Numbered from the stretch's first letter, positions 18,746-29,467 are shown. The stretch: DNA of 62,630 bases from a bacterium (GCA_044869275.1 JBIOXB010000184.1:1-62630), one strand, 5' to 3'. Notes: generated by a model from the sequence alone, not told the origin. Numbers and translations are program-made.

Positions 18746-19774
18746 ATGCTTTTTGCCAATTGCTTTTTGTTCTTTGCCGTTTGCTCTTTGTTCATTGCCG
18801 TTTCCGCCCGGCCGCAATCCGGTTCTCCGGTTTCCGTGGCCTCGCGCGTCGATAAAGCCACAATCACCATCGGCGACACCGTGCGCTACACCGTGCGCTT
18901 GAGCCGCGACGAGAAAGTTCAGGTACGCTGGCCCAGCCTGGGCGCCAATCTCGGGGTGTTTGAGATTCGAGACTACGATAAAGGCGAGCCCCGCAAGGAA
19001 AACAGCCGCATGGTCGAAGAGATTGCCTATACGATCTCGACCTTCGACACCGGCCGCTTCGTGATTCCGCCGCTGGCGATCGAATATCTCGCGCCGCCGG
19101 ACACGGCGTGGCACACGCTGCACAGCGAAAGCCTCGAAATCTACGTCAAATCCATTCTGCCCAGTGAAGCCGGCGATATTCGCGGCCTCAAAGCGCCGTG
19201 GGAATTGCCGCGCGATTGGCGGCGGATCATTTTATATGTCGCGATCGGCATCGCCGTCGTTCTGTTTGCCGTGGCCGGCTATCTGTGGTGGCGAAAGCGC
19301 CAGGGCAAGAGTTTGTTGCCCCAGCGCCTCGAACCGTCGCGGCCCGCGCACGAGCTGGCTCTGGAAGAATTGCGGCAATTGCGTGCGAGCGACTTGCTGG
19401 CGCGCGGCGAGATCAAATTATTTTACAGCCTGCTCTCGGAAATTATGCGGCGCTACTTCGAGGGCCGGTATCGCCTCCCGGCTTTGGAAATGACGACCGC
19501 CGAGCTCGAGGGCGAGCTGCCCCAGGTCGAATCCAATGCGCAGGCCTGCGACCAAATGCGCGCCGTGCTGGAGATTTGCGATCTGGCGAAATTCGCCAAA
19601 TTCGTTCCGGCCATGGAAGAGGCGGAGCGTATGCTCGATCAAGCTGAAGCTTTTGTGCAGGCCACGAAACCGGCGCCGGCTCTCGCGGCCAATCAGAATG
19701 GCGAGGCGCGGAAGGCGAATGTGGAGCCGGCGGGCTCCTCGCCAAAGATTGCCGAGGAAGCCAACCATGTTTGA
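18746..19774 (+). CDS. Bat-operon membrane protein (BatD-like N-terminal domain, single TM)
   Basis: Signal peptide, TIGD, FDTGRFVIP, DIRGLK, one TM, YFEGRY...ALEMTT, DLAKFAK. Confidence 0.75.
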   Translation: MLFANCFLFFAVCSLFIAVSARPQSGSPVSVASRVDKATITIGDTVRYTVRLSRDEKVQVRWPSLGANLGVFEIRDYDKGEPRKENSRMVEEIAYTISTFDTGRFVIPPLAIEYLAPPDTAWHTLHSESLEIYVKSILPSEAGDIRGLKAPWELPRDWRRIILYVAIGIAVVLFAVAGYLWWRKRQGKSLLPQRLEPSRPAHELALEELRQLRASDLLARGEIKLFYSLLSEIMRRYFEGRYRLPALEMTTAELEGELPQVESNAQACDQMRAVLEICDLAKFAKFVPAMEEAERMLDQAEAFVQATKPAPALAANQNGEARKANVEPAGSSPKIAEEANHV

Positions 19775-19788
19775 TTTGATAAGAAGCA

Positions 19789-20787
19789 ATGCATATGCCC
19801 AATTTCGCTGATCCACAGTTCTTGTTCCTGCTCCTGCTGTTGCCGTTGCTGGCGTGGTGGTATGTGCGCACGTATGCCAAACGCGCCGCGACGATTCGCT
19901 ATTCGAATCTCGACTTGCTGAAGAACTTGCCCACGCCGTCGAATTATTGGTCGCGCCATCTGCAATTTGGCTTGCGCTTGCTGGCGCTGGCATTGGTGAT
20001 CGTGGCGCTGGCGCGGCCGCAAAGCGGACACACGGAGGAGGAAGTCACCACCGAAGGCATCGACATCGTGCTGGCGCTGGATATTTCCAGCAGCATGCTG
20101 GCGGAAGATTTCAAGCCCAAGAACCGCATGGAAGCGGCGAAACAGGTGGCCGAGCAGTTTATCGGCGGGCGCAAAAGCGATCGCATCGGCATGGTGGTGT
20201 TTGCCGCGCGCAGCTTTACGCAATGCCCGCTCACGCTCGATTACGGCATTCTCATCAACTTCCTGCGCAAAGTGGAAATCGGCATGATCGACGATGGCAC
20301 GGCGATCGGGCTCGGCTTGGCGACGGCGGTGGATCGCCTGCGCAGCAGCAAAGCCAAGAGCAAAGTCATTATTCTGCTCACGGATGGCGTGAACAATGCC
20401 GGTGAAATCGATCCCATCACGGCCGCGCGCGTCGCCGCAGCATTCAACGTGCGCATTTATACGATCGGCGTGGGCACGCGCGGCGAGGCGATGTATCCCG
20501 TGCAGGATCCGATTTTCGGCAAGCGCTACGTGCGCATGCCGGTGGAAATCGACGAAGCCATGCTCACGCGCATCGCGGAGATGACCCGCGGCCAGTATTT
20601 CCGCGCGACCGGCCGCCAGAGCTTGGAGAAAGTCTTTGCTGAAATTGACCAGCTCGAAAAAACCAAAATTGAAATCAAGCAATTCACCCGCTATCGCGAG
20701 CTGTTCGTCTATTGGCTGGCGACGGCCCTGGGTTTGATTTTTGTCGAAGTCGTTCTGACGAACACCAAATTTCGCAAGATTCCATGA
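19789..20787 (+). CDS. batA: BatA VWA-domain protein
   Basis: ALARPQ, MIDAS DISSSM, GTAIG, LLTDG. Confidence 0.88.
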   Translation: MHMPNFADPQFLFLLLLLPLLAWWYVRTYAKRAATIRYSNLDLLKNLPTPSNYWSRHLQFGLRLLALALVIVALARPQSGHTEEEVTTEGIDIVLALDISSSMLAEDFKPKNRMEAAKQVAEQFIGGRKSDRIGMVVFAARSFTQCPLTLDYGILINFLRKVEIGMIDDGTAIGLGLATAVDRLRSSKAKSKVIILLTDGVNNAGEIDPITAARVAAAFNVRIYTIGVGTRGEAMYPVQDPIFGKRYVRMPVEIDEAMLTRIAEMTRGQYFRATGRQSLEKVFAEIDQLEKTKIEIKQFTRYRELFVYWLATALGLIFVEVVLTNTKFRKIP

Positions 20788-21845
20788 TTCGTTTCGCCAA
20801 TGTGCTGGTGCTCTATCTCTTGTTGCTGATTCCGCTGCTGGCGGTTTTCTTCTACGCGGTTTTTCGCTGGAAAAGGAAAGCGCTGCAGCGTTTTGGAAAT
20901 CTGCTGCTGCTGCAGCAACTGACGCCCACCTTCAGCCGCGCGCGCCGCAACGGGAAGATCGCTTTGCTGCTGGCGGGATTGGCCTTCACGATTCTGGCGC
21001 TGGCCCGGCCGCAGTTGGGCACGGCCCTGGAAGAAGTGAAGCGCAAGGGCGTGGACATTTTCATTGCCATCGACGTTTCCAACTCCATGCTCGCGGAAGA
21101 CATTCCGCCCAGCCGTCTGGCCAAGGCGCGGCATGAAGTTTCTTCATTGATCGACAAGTTGCAGGGCGACCGCATCGGCGTCATTGCATTTGCCGGCGAG
21201 GCTTTTGTACAATGCCCCTTGACTTTGGATTACGGCGCGGCTAAGATCTTTCTCGAAGTGCTTTCGCCCGATTTGATTCCGACGCCGGGCACGGACCTGG
21301 GCAAGGCGATCACGCTCGCGCTGCAGAGTTTCGAGGGCGAAGGCACGGAGCGCAAATATAAAGTGCTGGTGCTCATCACCGATGGCGAGCATCACGCCGA
21401 AGACGTGATGTCCATTGCGGAAGAAGCCGAACGCCAGGGCGTGGTGATTTACACCGTGGGCATCGGCTCGCCGCAGGGCGCCCCCATTCCATTGCTGGCG
21501 GAGGGTGGCAGTCTCACCGGCTACAAGAAAAGCCGCGGCGGTGAAGTCATCGTCACCAAGCTGGACGAAGTGACGCTGGAGAAGATCGCGCTGCAAACTG
21601 GCGGAAAATACTACCGCGCCTCCTCCGGCGAGGCAGAGCTGGAGCGCATTTATGAAGATATCTCCAGTATGGAAAAAAAAGAACTGGCCTCGCTGAAATT
21701 TTCGCAATTTGAAGAACGCTATCAATTTGTTTTGTTCGTCGCATTCCTCCTGCTGCTCGCCGAGCTGTTGCTGGCAGAACGGCGCCGGGCGAAATCCGAA
21801 AGACGCAGGAGGTTTGTGCCCGAGGCACAATCTGAAACGGCATAG
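20784..21845 (+). CDS. batB: BatB VWA-domain protein
   Basis: ALARPQ, DVSNSM, PSRL, PLTLDY, ITDGE. Confidence 0.88.
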   Translation: MIRFANVLVLYLLLLIPLLAVFFYAVFRWKRKALQRFGNLLLLQQLTPTFSRARRNGKIALLLAGLAFTILALARPQLGTALEEVKRKGVDIFIAIDVSNSMLAEDIPPSRLAKARHEVSSLIDKLQGDRIGVIAFAGEAFVQCPLTLDYGAAKIFLEVLSPDLIPTPGTDLGKAITLALQSFEGEGTERKYKVLVLITDGEHHAEDVMSIAEEAERQGVVIYTVGIGSPQGAPIPLLAEGGSLTGYKKSRGGEVIVTKLDEVTLEKIALQTGGKYYRASSGEAELERIYEDISSMEKKELASLKFSQFEERYQFVLFVAFLLLLAELLLAERRRAKSERRRRFVPEAQSETA

Positions 21846-21846
21846 C

Positions 21847-22746
21847 ATGCGCCGCGAGCAGCTGATTTTTTCATTTCTAACGGATCTTATTCAACCAATG
21901 AACACCAAAGGCATTTTGATTGATGTTTTTGATCGAATCGTTCTCGATCCACGATCCACGATCCACGATCTACGATCCACAATGCTCTTCACCGCGCTGC
22001 TGCTCGCGAGCCTATTGCTCTCCGAAACACACGCGCAAGGCGCGGGCCGGCGGCAAGTGCTGGAAGGCAACCGGCATTATGCCGAAGGCAAATACGATGA
22101 GGCGAACGACAGTTATCGCGACGCGCAGATCGACAATCCCGAATCGCCGATCATTCACTTCAACCTGGGCGACGTGGAGCATCAAAAGCGGAGTTATGAA
22201 GAGGCACTCAAGACTTATCACGCCGCGATTCAGAAAAGCAACGATCCCAAATTGCAGGCACAAGCGTATTACAACATCGGCAACACGTTGTTTCGTTTGA
22301 ATAAATGGCCGGAGAGCATTCAGGCCTATCAACAGGCGCTCAAGCTGAATCCCGGCGACGAGGACACGAAATTCAACTTGGAGTACGTGCGCCGGCAGAT
22401 CAAGCAAAATGCACAAAAAGATCCGGCGCAGCAGCAACAGAACCAGCAACAGCAACAATCCGAGGGCCAGCAGGATCAAAAACAGGAAAATCAGAATCAA
22501 CAAGACGATCAGCAGCAAGGGCAACAACAGCAAGAGCAACAGCAGAATCAGGAGCAGCAAAATCAGCAGGAGCAAGCACAGGAGCAAGACGCACAACAGC
22601 AGGGGGAGCAGCAAATGAAACCGGGCGAGCTTTCCAAGGAAGAAGCAGAGCGTTTGCTCGAGGCCTTGCAGAATCAGGAAAAAGAAGCGCAGAAAAAGCG
22701 CCAGGCTAAAATGAGCGGGCGCGTGCGCGTTGAAAAAGACTGGTAA
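21847..22746 (+). CDS. batC: BatC TPR protein with Gln-rich linker
   Basis: TPR motifs (YYNIGN), poly-Q region, C-terminal EKDW; start may be 21982. Confidence 0.82.
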   Translation: MRREQLIFSFLTDLIQPMNTKGILIDVFDRIVLDPRSTIHDLRSTMLFTALLLASLLLSETHAQGAGRRQVLEGNRHYAEGKYDEANDSYRDAQIDNPESPIIHFNLGDVEHQKRSYEEALKTYHAAIQKSNDPKLQAQAYYNIGNTLFRLNKWPESIQAYQQALKLNPGDEDTKFNLEYVRRQIKQNAQKDPAQQQQNQQQQQSEGQQDQKQENQNQQDDQQQGQQQQEQQQNQEQQNQQEQAQEQDAQQQGEQQMKPGELSKEEAERLLEALQNQEKEAQKKRQAKMSGRVRVEKDW

Positions 22747-22758
22747 GCGTTAGGTAGT

Positions 22759-22889
22759 CAGTTACAAATGCACGCTCTGTAAAAAAGAAAAAATTTTCTC
22801 CCACGGAAATGGAACTGCCACGAAAAAAGCTTTTCATTTCCGTGGGAGTTCCGCTTTCGTGGGTGATAAATTTTTTTTGGTTCCGGCTT
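22759..22889. repeat. ~130-bp dispersed palindromic repeat, copy 1
   Basis: Similar to 48498-48629; perfect 14-bp inverted repeat ctcccacggaaatg/catttccgtgggag. Confidence 0.85.
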
Positions 22890-22910
22890 GTCCGGCTCAT
22901 GTATTTGAAG

Positions 22911-24749
22911 ATGAAAATGAAGTTTCGCACATTTCGAATCGTATTGGCGGCGATGTCGCTCGCCGCTGTATCCACGCCGCCGGCTTTTTCACAAAGCATC
23001 GTCGCCACGGTCGATCGCACCCGCCTGGGTTTGAATGAGGATTTCACCCTGAGTGTGGAAATTTCCGGCCGCAACGCGAGCGAACCCAAGCTGCCGGACA
23101 TGAGCAGCTTCGCGGCCGCGGCGGGCAGAAGCAGCTCGCAAAACATTCAATTCATCAACGGCCGCATGTCGGCTTCGACCACGATCACCTATACGTTTTT
23201 CGCGCAGGCGGTGGGCAGTTTTGAGATCGGACCGGTGGAAGTGGAAATCGATGGACAGGTGCAGCGCACCCAGCCGATTCGCATCGAGATCGTGGCCTCC
23301 ACCGCCGCTGCGCCGCCGGTGAGCGGGCAGCCACCCCCACCGGCGCAGGCCGACCCGGCCTTGCCGGGCGAGGACAGCGCCTTGTTTTTGCGCGCTGAAG
23401 TGGACCGTCGCACGGTTTATCAGAACGAACAGGTGATCGTCGCATATAAGATTTACACGCTGCGCAATATCAACGGTTATAGCGTCGCCAAGATGCCTAA
23501 CTTCGCGGGCTTTTGGGTGGAAAACTTCGACCTGCCGGCTCGGCCACGCACCTCGCAGCAGACGATCAACGGCCAGCGCTATTTGGTCGCGGAAATCAAA
23601 CGCAGCGCAATTTTCCCGCAGAGCCCAGGCAAGCAGATTTTGGAGCCGATGGCACTGGAATGCGAGGTGCAGGTGCCGCGCGCCCGCAACCGCGCGCGCG
23701 ATCCCTTCGAGAGTTTTTTTGACGACCCATTCTTTGCACGCACGGCGCGCCTCAGCATTTCTTCCAAGCCGGTTGAAATCGAGGTGCTGCCGCTGCCTAG
23801 CGCCGGACGGCCCGCGGGCTTCAACGGCGCGGTCGGCAATTATACTTTAAAGGCGGTGGTGGACCGCACGGCGGCCAGCACCAATGATGCGATCACGCTC
23901 AAAATCACGGCGAGCGGACAGGGGAACATCAAGACTTTAACCCTGCCGCGCCTGGAGGTGCCGGCGGATTTCGAAGTCTATGATCCCAAGATTTCCGAAA
24001 TCGTCGAGCGCGGCGGCAACCAGATTTCCGGCAGCAAGACCTGGGAACATGTCATGGTGCCGCGCTTTGCCGGGCCGCACGAACTCAAACCGGCGCAACT
24101 CAGCTTCTTCGACCCGCACGCCAAGCAGTATCGCACGGTGGCGACGGCGCCGCTCGCGCTCAACATCCAGCAGGGTGCGGCGCAACTGGCGGCGGCCGGC
24201 AGCGGAATCTCGAAACATGACGTGCGCTTGCTCGGCCAGGACATTCGCTTCATTGCGATGGCACCGGCGCCATTCCAAGAAATCGGCGCGCGCAATTACA
24301 CACGGCCGTGGTTCATGGCACTGCTGATTTTGCCGGTGCTGGGATTGGCCGCCGCCTTCTTCTACCAAAAGCAGCAAGAAAAGTTGACGACGAATGTGGC
24401 CTACGCGCGCAGCCGCAAAGCCACCAAAGCGGCTCTCCGGCGCCTGCAGGCAGCGAAAAAACTGCTGGGCAGCGGCGACAGCAAGCAATTTTACGCCGAA
24501 GTGCAAAAAGCGATGACGGGATTTTTGGGCAATAAACTCAATGTTGCGGAAGCGGGTCTGGTGACCGATGAGATCGAGCAGTTGCTGCGCAGCAAGGAGG
24601 TTGCGCCGGAAGTTATTGCGGCCTACGTCGGCTGTTTGCATGCCTGCGACTTTCAGCGTTTTGCCCCGGCCCATGCGAATGGCGTGGAGATGAAGCAATT
24701 TTTTGAGCGCGCTCAGAAGGCCATTGCGGAGCTGGAGGACGCGTTGTGA
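22911..24749 (+). CDS. batD: BatD family protein
   Basis: Signal peptide, SSSQNIQFING, FNGAVG.Y, G.GNI, C-terminal TM; operon position. Confidence 0.85.
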   Translation: MKMKFRTFRIVLAAMSLAAVSTPPAFSQSIVATVDRTRLGLNEDFTLSVEISGRNASEPKLPDMSSFAAAAGRSSSQNIQFINGRMSASTTITYTFFAQAVGSFEIGPVEVEIDGQVQRTQPIRIEIVASTAAAPPVSGQPPPPAQADPALPGEDSALFLRAEVDRRTVYQNEQVIVAYKIYTLRNINGYSVAKMPNFAGFWVENFDLPARPRTSQQTINGQRYLVAEIKRSAIFPQSPGKQILEPMALECEVQVPRARNRARDPFESFFDDPFFARTARLSISSKPVEIEVLPLPSAGRPAGFNGAVGNYTLKAVVDRTAASTNDAITLKITASGQGNIKTLTLPRLEVPADFEVYDPKISEIVERGGNQISGSKTWEHVMVPRFAGPHELKPAQLSFFDPHAKQYRTVATAPLALNIQQGAAQLAAAGSGISKHDVRLLGQDIRFIAMAPAPFQEIGARNYTRPWFMALLILPVLGLAAAFFYQKQQEKLTTNVAYARSRKATKAALRRLQAAKKLLGSGDSKQFYAEVQKAMTGFLGNKLNVAEAGLVTDEIEQLLRSKEVAPEVIAAYVGCLHACDFQRFAPAHANGVEMKQFFERAQKAIAELEDAL

Positions 24750-25603
24750 AGCTGGCATTGTTCAGGAAATATTTTATCGACTCTCCCCTTCCACCCGGTC
24801 CATTAAGCCGCCAGGCGCTTGCGGGAGGAGGATTCTGGAGAGTCAACTCAAGCATTACTCTCTGGCCCTTCTTGATCCTCTGCTTTGCTGCCGCGCTTTT
24901 CGCGGACCAATCCACCGACCTGTTGCAAAAAGGCAATCAGCATTACCAAGCCGGAGAGTATCAACAGGCGGCGGAGGCATACGAAAACATCTTGCGGATG
25001 GGCCAGGAGAGCTGGCAGGTCTACTTTAATCTCGGCAACGCCTATTACAAGCTGCGGCAGCCGGGAAAAGCAATTTTGAATTATGAGCGCGCGCGCCGCT
25101 TGCGTCCGGATCACGAAGACATTCGCTTCAATCTCGATTTGGCCAATTTGCAGGTCGCCGATCGTATTCCCGAGCCGCCGCGTTCGGCGGTCTTGATTTG
25201 GCTGGAGAGCGCCTTGCAGTTTTTTTCCCTAGAGGCCAGTGCCGCGCTGGCTTTAATTTCTTGGGTGGCGCTTTTCGCTGGATTGATGCTGAGCATGATA
25301 TCGCGCAAGGCCAGGGGGCAGCAATGGAGCAGAATGCTGGCCTGGACCGCCGCCGTCCTGTTTCTCGTTTTCGCCAGTCTGTTCGCCTACCAATACTACC
25401 ACGATCGCACGACGAGCCAAGGCATCGTGATGGCGCCGCGTGTCATCGTGCGCAGCTCGCCCTCGGATGACGCCACCGAAGTTTTTATTCTGCACGAGGG
25501 GGCCAAGGCGCGCCTCGAAGCCAGAACTGGCGATTGGAGGCGCATCCGGCTGGCGGATGGCAAGGTGGGATGGCTGCCCGCCCACGCCGTCGAAAAAATT
25601 TGA
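24746..25603 (+). CDS. batE: BatE TPR + SH3 protein
   Basis: YFNLGNAYYK, AILNYERA, LHEG, GKVGW; GTG start overlaps the batD stop. Confidence 0.85.
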   Translation: MKLALFRKYFIDSPLPPGPLSRQALAGGGFWRVNSSITLWPFLILCFAAALFADQSTDLLQKGNQHYQAGEYQQAAEAYENILRMGQESWQVYFNLGNAYYKLRQPGKAILNYERARRLRPDHEDIRFNLDLANLQVADRIPEPPRSAVLIWLESALQFFSLEASAALALISWVALFAGLMLSMISRKARGQQWSRMLAWTAAVLFLVFASLFAYQYYHDRTTSQGIVMAPRVIVRSSPSDDATEVFILHEGAKARLEARTGDWRRIRLADGKVGWLPAHAVEKI

Positions 25604-25911
25604 GGCGCACGATTTGCCAAGCGCGCCGCCCCATTTGCCCAACCCCTCGGCATCTCGATTTTCGTATGTTTACGCGCTCATCTCAAACGGCCGTAATCGA
25701 GATGCCGATCGCGGAGTGGTGGTTCACCTCTCTGTTCTTCCAAGGCGAAACGGAATCAAGGCAAAGCATCCTGCGATTCCTATGACGCGCTTTTATCGCC
25801 GCAGTGTTATTTGCTGGGCGTTCGTTGCTCCCACCGCAATTCGATTGCAAATTGTTCCATGCTTGCCTACCTTGCGGGGTCCCACTACGACTAAAAATTT
25901 CTTTGCCGAGC

Positions 25912-28461
25912 ATGAAATCTCCCTACGCCGAAATCCACTTTCCCCTGCCGCTGTCGCGCGGATACACCTATCGCGTGCCGGAATCCTTGCATGAGGCGGC
26001 GCAACCCGGCCGGCGCGCGCTGGTCCCTTTGGGCAAGCGGGTGGCCACGGGCTTCATCGTCCGCCGCACGAACGTAATCGATTTTCCCCCGGAAAAATTA
26101 AAAGACCTTTTCGATGTGCTGGATGAAGAATCGTTGTTTGATGCGGAACGCCTGCAATTGGCGCATTGGATCGCGGACTACTACCTCGCCAGCCTGGGCG
26201 AGGTGTTGCGCACCATGCTGCCGCCGGGCTTGGAGCAACAGAGCAAATACTTCGTGCGGCTGGCGCGCGAAGTGAGCGAGGGCGAAATCGACCTGCTGCG
26301 CGCGCGTGCTCCACGCCAGGCGGAAATCGTGGCGAGCTTGCGCGGCAAGACCGGGTACAAAGTTGCCTATTTGGCAAAACAACTCAGTTATCGCGGTGTG
26401 CGCGAAAGTTTGCGCGCCTTAATGCGCAACGGCCTGGTCGAAGTTTCACAGCGCATGTTTTCAGCTGAAGCGAAATCATTGCTCGTCACTTTCGTGCAAG
26501 TGAGCGAGCGCGGCAAGCAATTTCTGCAAAACTGGAAGCTCGACCCGCCCTCGCCGCGGAACACCAGGCGTAAACCGCGTGGCGTTGCGCCGGCGCACGA
26601 GGCGCCGCCTCCCCGTGAGTTTCGCCTCACTGACAAACAGAGACAGGGCCTGGAAATCCTAAAGCGCACGGGTGAGATGAGCCGCGCCGCGTTTTTGCGC
26701 GCGAGCGGGCTTGGCGCTGGCGCCCTGCAATCATTGGCCAATCGGGCTTTCGTCACGCTGCAAAAAAAGGAGCTCGAGCGCAACCCCTATGCCGGCCCGG
26801 CCGAGCCGGCACCTGCGTTTGTTTTGAACGAGGAGCAATCCGGCGCGGTGGCAGAGATCAGCTTGGCGGTCGACCTCCATGCCTTCCGCGTCTTTTTATT
26901 GCACGGCATCACCGGCAGTGGCAAAACGCAGGTTTATATCGACGGTATTCGCCACGCCCTGGCTTCCGGCAAAGGCGCGATTGTTTTGGTTCCGGAAATT
27001 TCCTTGACGCCGCAGACGGTGGCACGCTTTCGCAGCAACTTCGGCGAGAATGTGGCGGTCTTGCACAGCCGCTTGAGCAAAGGCGAACGCTACGACGCGT
27101 GGCGGCGGGTGCAACGCGGAGAGGTCAAGCTCGCCATCGGTCCGCGCTCGGCGGTATTTGCGCCGGTGCAGAATCTGGGTCTGATTGTCGTCGATGAAGA
27201 GCATGAATCCAGCTACAAACAGGTCGATCCTGCGCCGCGCTATCACGCGCGCGACGCGGCGATCATGCGCGCGAAAATGAGCCGCGCCGTGGTGGTGCTG
27301 GGCTCGGCCACCCCGGCCATGGAAAGCTATCACAATGCGCGCACGGGCAAATACCGTCTGCTCGAATTGACCCGCCGCATTGACAATGTGCCGCTGCCCG
27401 CGGTGCGCATTCTCGACATGATGCGCTTCCGCAAAACCGCGCCCGACCACGAAGGCATCTTCTCGCGCCTGCTGCTCGGCAAAATTCAGGAGAAGCTGGA
27501 GCGCAAAGAGCAGATCATTCTGTTGCAGAACCGCCGCGGCTTTGCGCCGGTGGTGCGCTGCGTGAATTGCGGTTTCACGCGCCTGTGCGACGCCTGCAAT
27601 ATTCCGTTCACCTATCACAAGCGCGGCCACGCGCTGCGCTGCCATTACTGCAACGCCTATGAAAAAGCGCCGGACGATTGCCCACAGTGCCACAGCCTCG
27701 ATCTTGTTTTCAAAGGCATTGGCACGCAAAAGGTGGAAGAAGCCTTGCGCGAGCTGCTGCCGGAGGCGCGCGTCGCGCGCATGGACCTGGACACCACGCG
27801 CGGCAAGCTGGCGCACGACCGCATCCTGCACGAATTCGGGGAGCACCGCTACGACGTTTTGCTCGGCACGCAAATGATTGCGAAGGGGCTGGATTTTCAC
27901 CGCGTCACGCTGGTGGGCGTGATCTCGGCGGATACCACATTGCTGCGCCCGGATTTCCGCGCGAGCGAGCGCACGTTTCAACTGCTCACACAAGTTGCCG
28001 GCCGCGCCGGCCGCCGCAATCTCCCGGGTGAAGTGATTATTCAAACGTATTCGCCCGATAATTTTTGCTTGCTCTGCACGCAACAGCATGATTTCAACAA
28101 GTTCTTTGCGGCGGAAATGCAATTCCGGAACATGTTGAAGTATCCGCCTTTCGTGCGCCTGGCCGCGGTGTTGTTCCGCCATGCGGATCACGAAAGAGTT
28201 CTGGGCGTGGCGAATGATTTCGCAGCCCTGCTGCGCCGCGCGCCAACGCCGATGACCGTCTACGGGCCCACGCCCGCGATGTTGAAGCGGCTGCAAAACG
28301 AATTTCGCTGGCAGGTCATGATCAAAAGTGATCCGGTGCAGGATCCCGGCGCTGCGCGCATGAGGCAAACTCTGGCGCAAGCCCTGCTGACCCTGCACAA
28401 AAGCCGTGGCCGCCAGCGCGTGCGGGTAAGCGCGGATGTCGATCCGGTTACGGTTTTGTGA
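25912..28461 (+). CDS. priA: Primosomal protein N'
   Basis: GITGSGKT, LVPEISLTPQ, DEEHE, Cys-rich zinc region, QVAGRAGR. Confidence 0.96.
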   Translation: MKSPYAEIHFPLPLSRGYTYRVPESLHEAAQPGRRALVPLGKRVATGFIVRRTNVIDFPPEKLKDLFDVLDEESLFDAERLQLAHWIADYYLASLGEVLRTMLPPGLEQQSKYFVRLAREVSEGEIDLLRARAPRQAEIVASLRGKTGYKVAYLAKQLSYRGVRESLRALMRNGLVEVSQRMFSAEAKSLLVTFVQVSERGKQFLQNWKLDPPSPRNTRRKPRGVAPAHEAPPPREFRLTDKQRQGLEILKRTGEMSRAAFLRASGLGAGALQSLANRAFVTLQKKELERNPYAGPAEPAPAFVLNEEQSGAVAEISLAVDLHAFRVFLLHGITGSGKTQVYIDGIRHALASGKGAIVLVPEISLTPQTVARFRSNFGENVAVLHSRLSKGERYDAWRRVQRGEVKLAIGPRSAVFAPVQNLGLIVVDEEHESSYKQVDPAPRYHARDAAIMRAKMSRAVVVLGSATPAMESYHNARTGKYRLLELTRRIDNVPLPAVRILDMMRFRKTAPDHEGIFSRLLLGKIQEKLERKEQIILLQNRRGFAPVVRCVNCGFTRLCDACNIPFTYHKRGHALRCHYCNAYEKAPDDCPQCHSLDLVFKGIGTQKVEEALRELLPEARVARMDLDTTRGKLAHDRILHEFGEHRYDVLLGTQMIAKGLDFHRVTLVGVISADTTLLRPDFRASERTFQLLTQVAGRAGRRNLPGEVIIQTYSPDNFCLLCTQQHDFNKFFAAEMQFRNMLKYPPFVRLAAVLFRHADHERVLGVANDFAALLRRAPTPMTVYGPTPAMLKRLQNEFRWQVMIKSDPVQDPGAARMRQTLAQALLTLHKSRGRQRVRVSADVDPVTVL

Positions 28462-28590
28462 TTGCTCGGCAACTCAACCACCGCATGGCGACAAGACTTA
28501 AACGCCTAAAAACCATCTCGGATTTTCATCCCGAAGATGGCATGAACTGAATGCACGCGCACGGGCGATAATTCATTTCAAAGATTAAAC

Positions 28591-28619
28591 TTGCATCACT
28601 CTGTCTCGCATATTATATT
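28591..28619 (+). promoter_or_regulatory. Candidate sigma70 promoter
   Basis: TTGCAT-N17-TATATT. Confidence 0.5.
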
Positions 28620-28661
28620 TCGCCACATTTTTCTTTGGTGAGAACTGCTCGGAACGGCCAC

Positions 28662-29390
28662 ATGCACTATGGTCTGATTTCAGATATTCATGGCAATCTC
28701 GAAGCGCTTGACCAAGTGCTGTCCGATTTGGACAAGGTGAAGGTTGATACCATTCTCTGCCTGGGCGATGTGGTGGGTTACGGTCCGAATCCCAACGAGT
28801 GTGTTGCGCTGGTGCAGAAACGTGTGGCGGCGTGCCTGATCGGCAATCACGACGAAGCCTCGCTGGGCCGGGTCGATCTCGATCTTTTTAATTACATGGC
28901 ACGCGAAGCGGTTGAATGGACCATGCGGCGGTTGTCGAAAGAATCGAAGGAATATCTCGCCAACCGGCCTTACACCTATGAGTTCGAGGATTGCCTGATT
29001 GTGCACGCGTCGCCAGACGAGCCGCGGCGGTGGAATTATATTCTTTCCCTGGAAGACGCGGCGCATAGTTTCGCGGCATTCGAGCAGCAGGCATGTTTCA
29101 TTGGCCATTCGCACACGCCCTGGGTGATCGACCTGAATACCGAAGGCCGGATGCAAGTGCGGCAGGATTATCCCATCACGTTTCAAGAAGGCCACCGTTA
29201 TCTCGTCAATATCGGCAGCGTGGGTCAGCCGCGCGACCGCAATCCGGCTGCCGCATACGGCCTGTATGATTCCGAGAAAAAGGAATACACCTTGAGACGG
29301 TCACCCTACGGTGTCGCCAAGACGCAAAAAAAGATTCGCGCCACCGGCCTGCCGTCGTTTCTCGCCGATCGCCTGGCGACGGGGCAATAA
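28662..29390 (+). CDS. Metallophosphoesterase family protein
   Basis: SDIHGN, GDVVGYG, GNHD, GHSH, SVGQPRD. Confidence 0.9.
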   Translation: MHYGLISDIHGNLEALDQVLSDLDKVKVDTILCLGDVVGYGPNPNECVALVQKRVAACLIGNHDEASLGRVDLDLFNYMAREAVEWTMRRLSKESKEYLANRPYTYEFEDCLIVHASPDEPRRWNYILSLEDAAHSFAAFEQQACFIGHSHTPWVIDLNTEGRMQVRQDYPITFQEGHRYLVNIGSVGQPRDRNPAAAYGLYDSEKKEYTLRRSPYGVAKTQKKIRATGLPSFLADRLATGQ

Positions 29391-29467
29391 TTTGGTGTCG
29401 GTTTTTTCATGCCGCGCCGCTGATCATGATTCAATTGGAGTGAATCAATCTCAACGAGGACCTAACC

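Noticed and set aside
22430..22615. CAG/CAA-rich tract as a repeat array or TR
   Set aside because: It encodes the normal Gln-rich linker of BatC.
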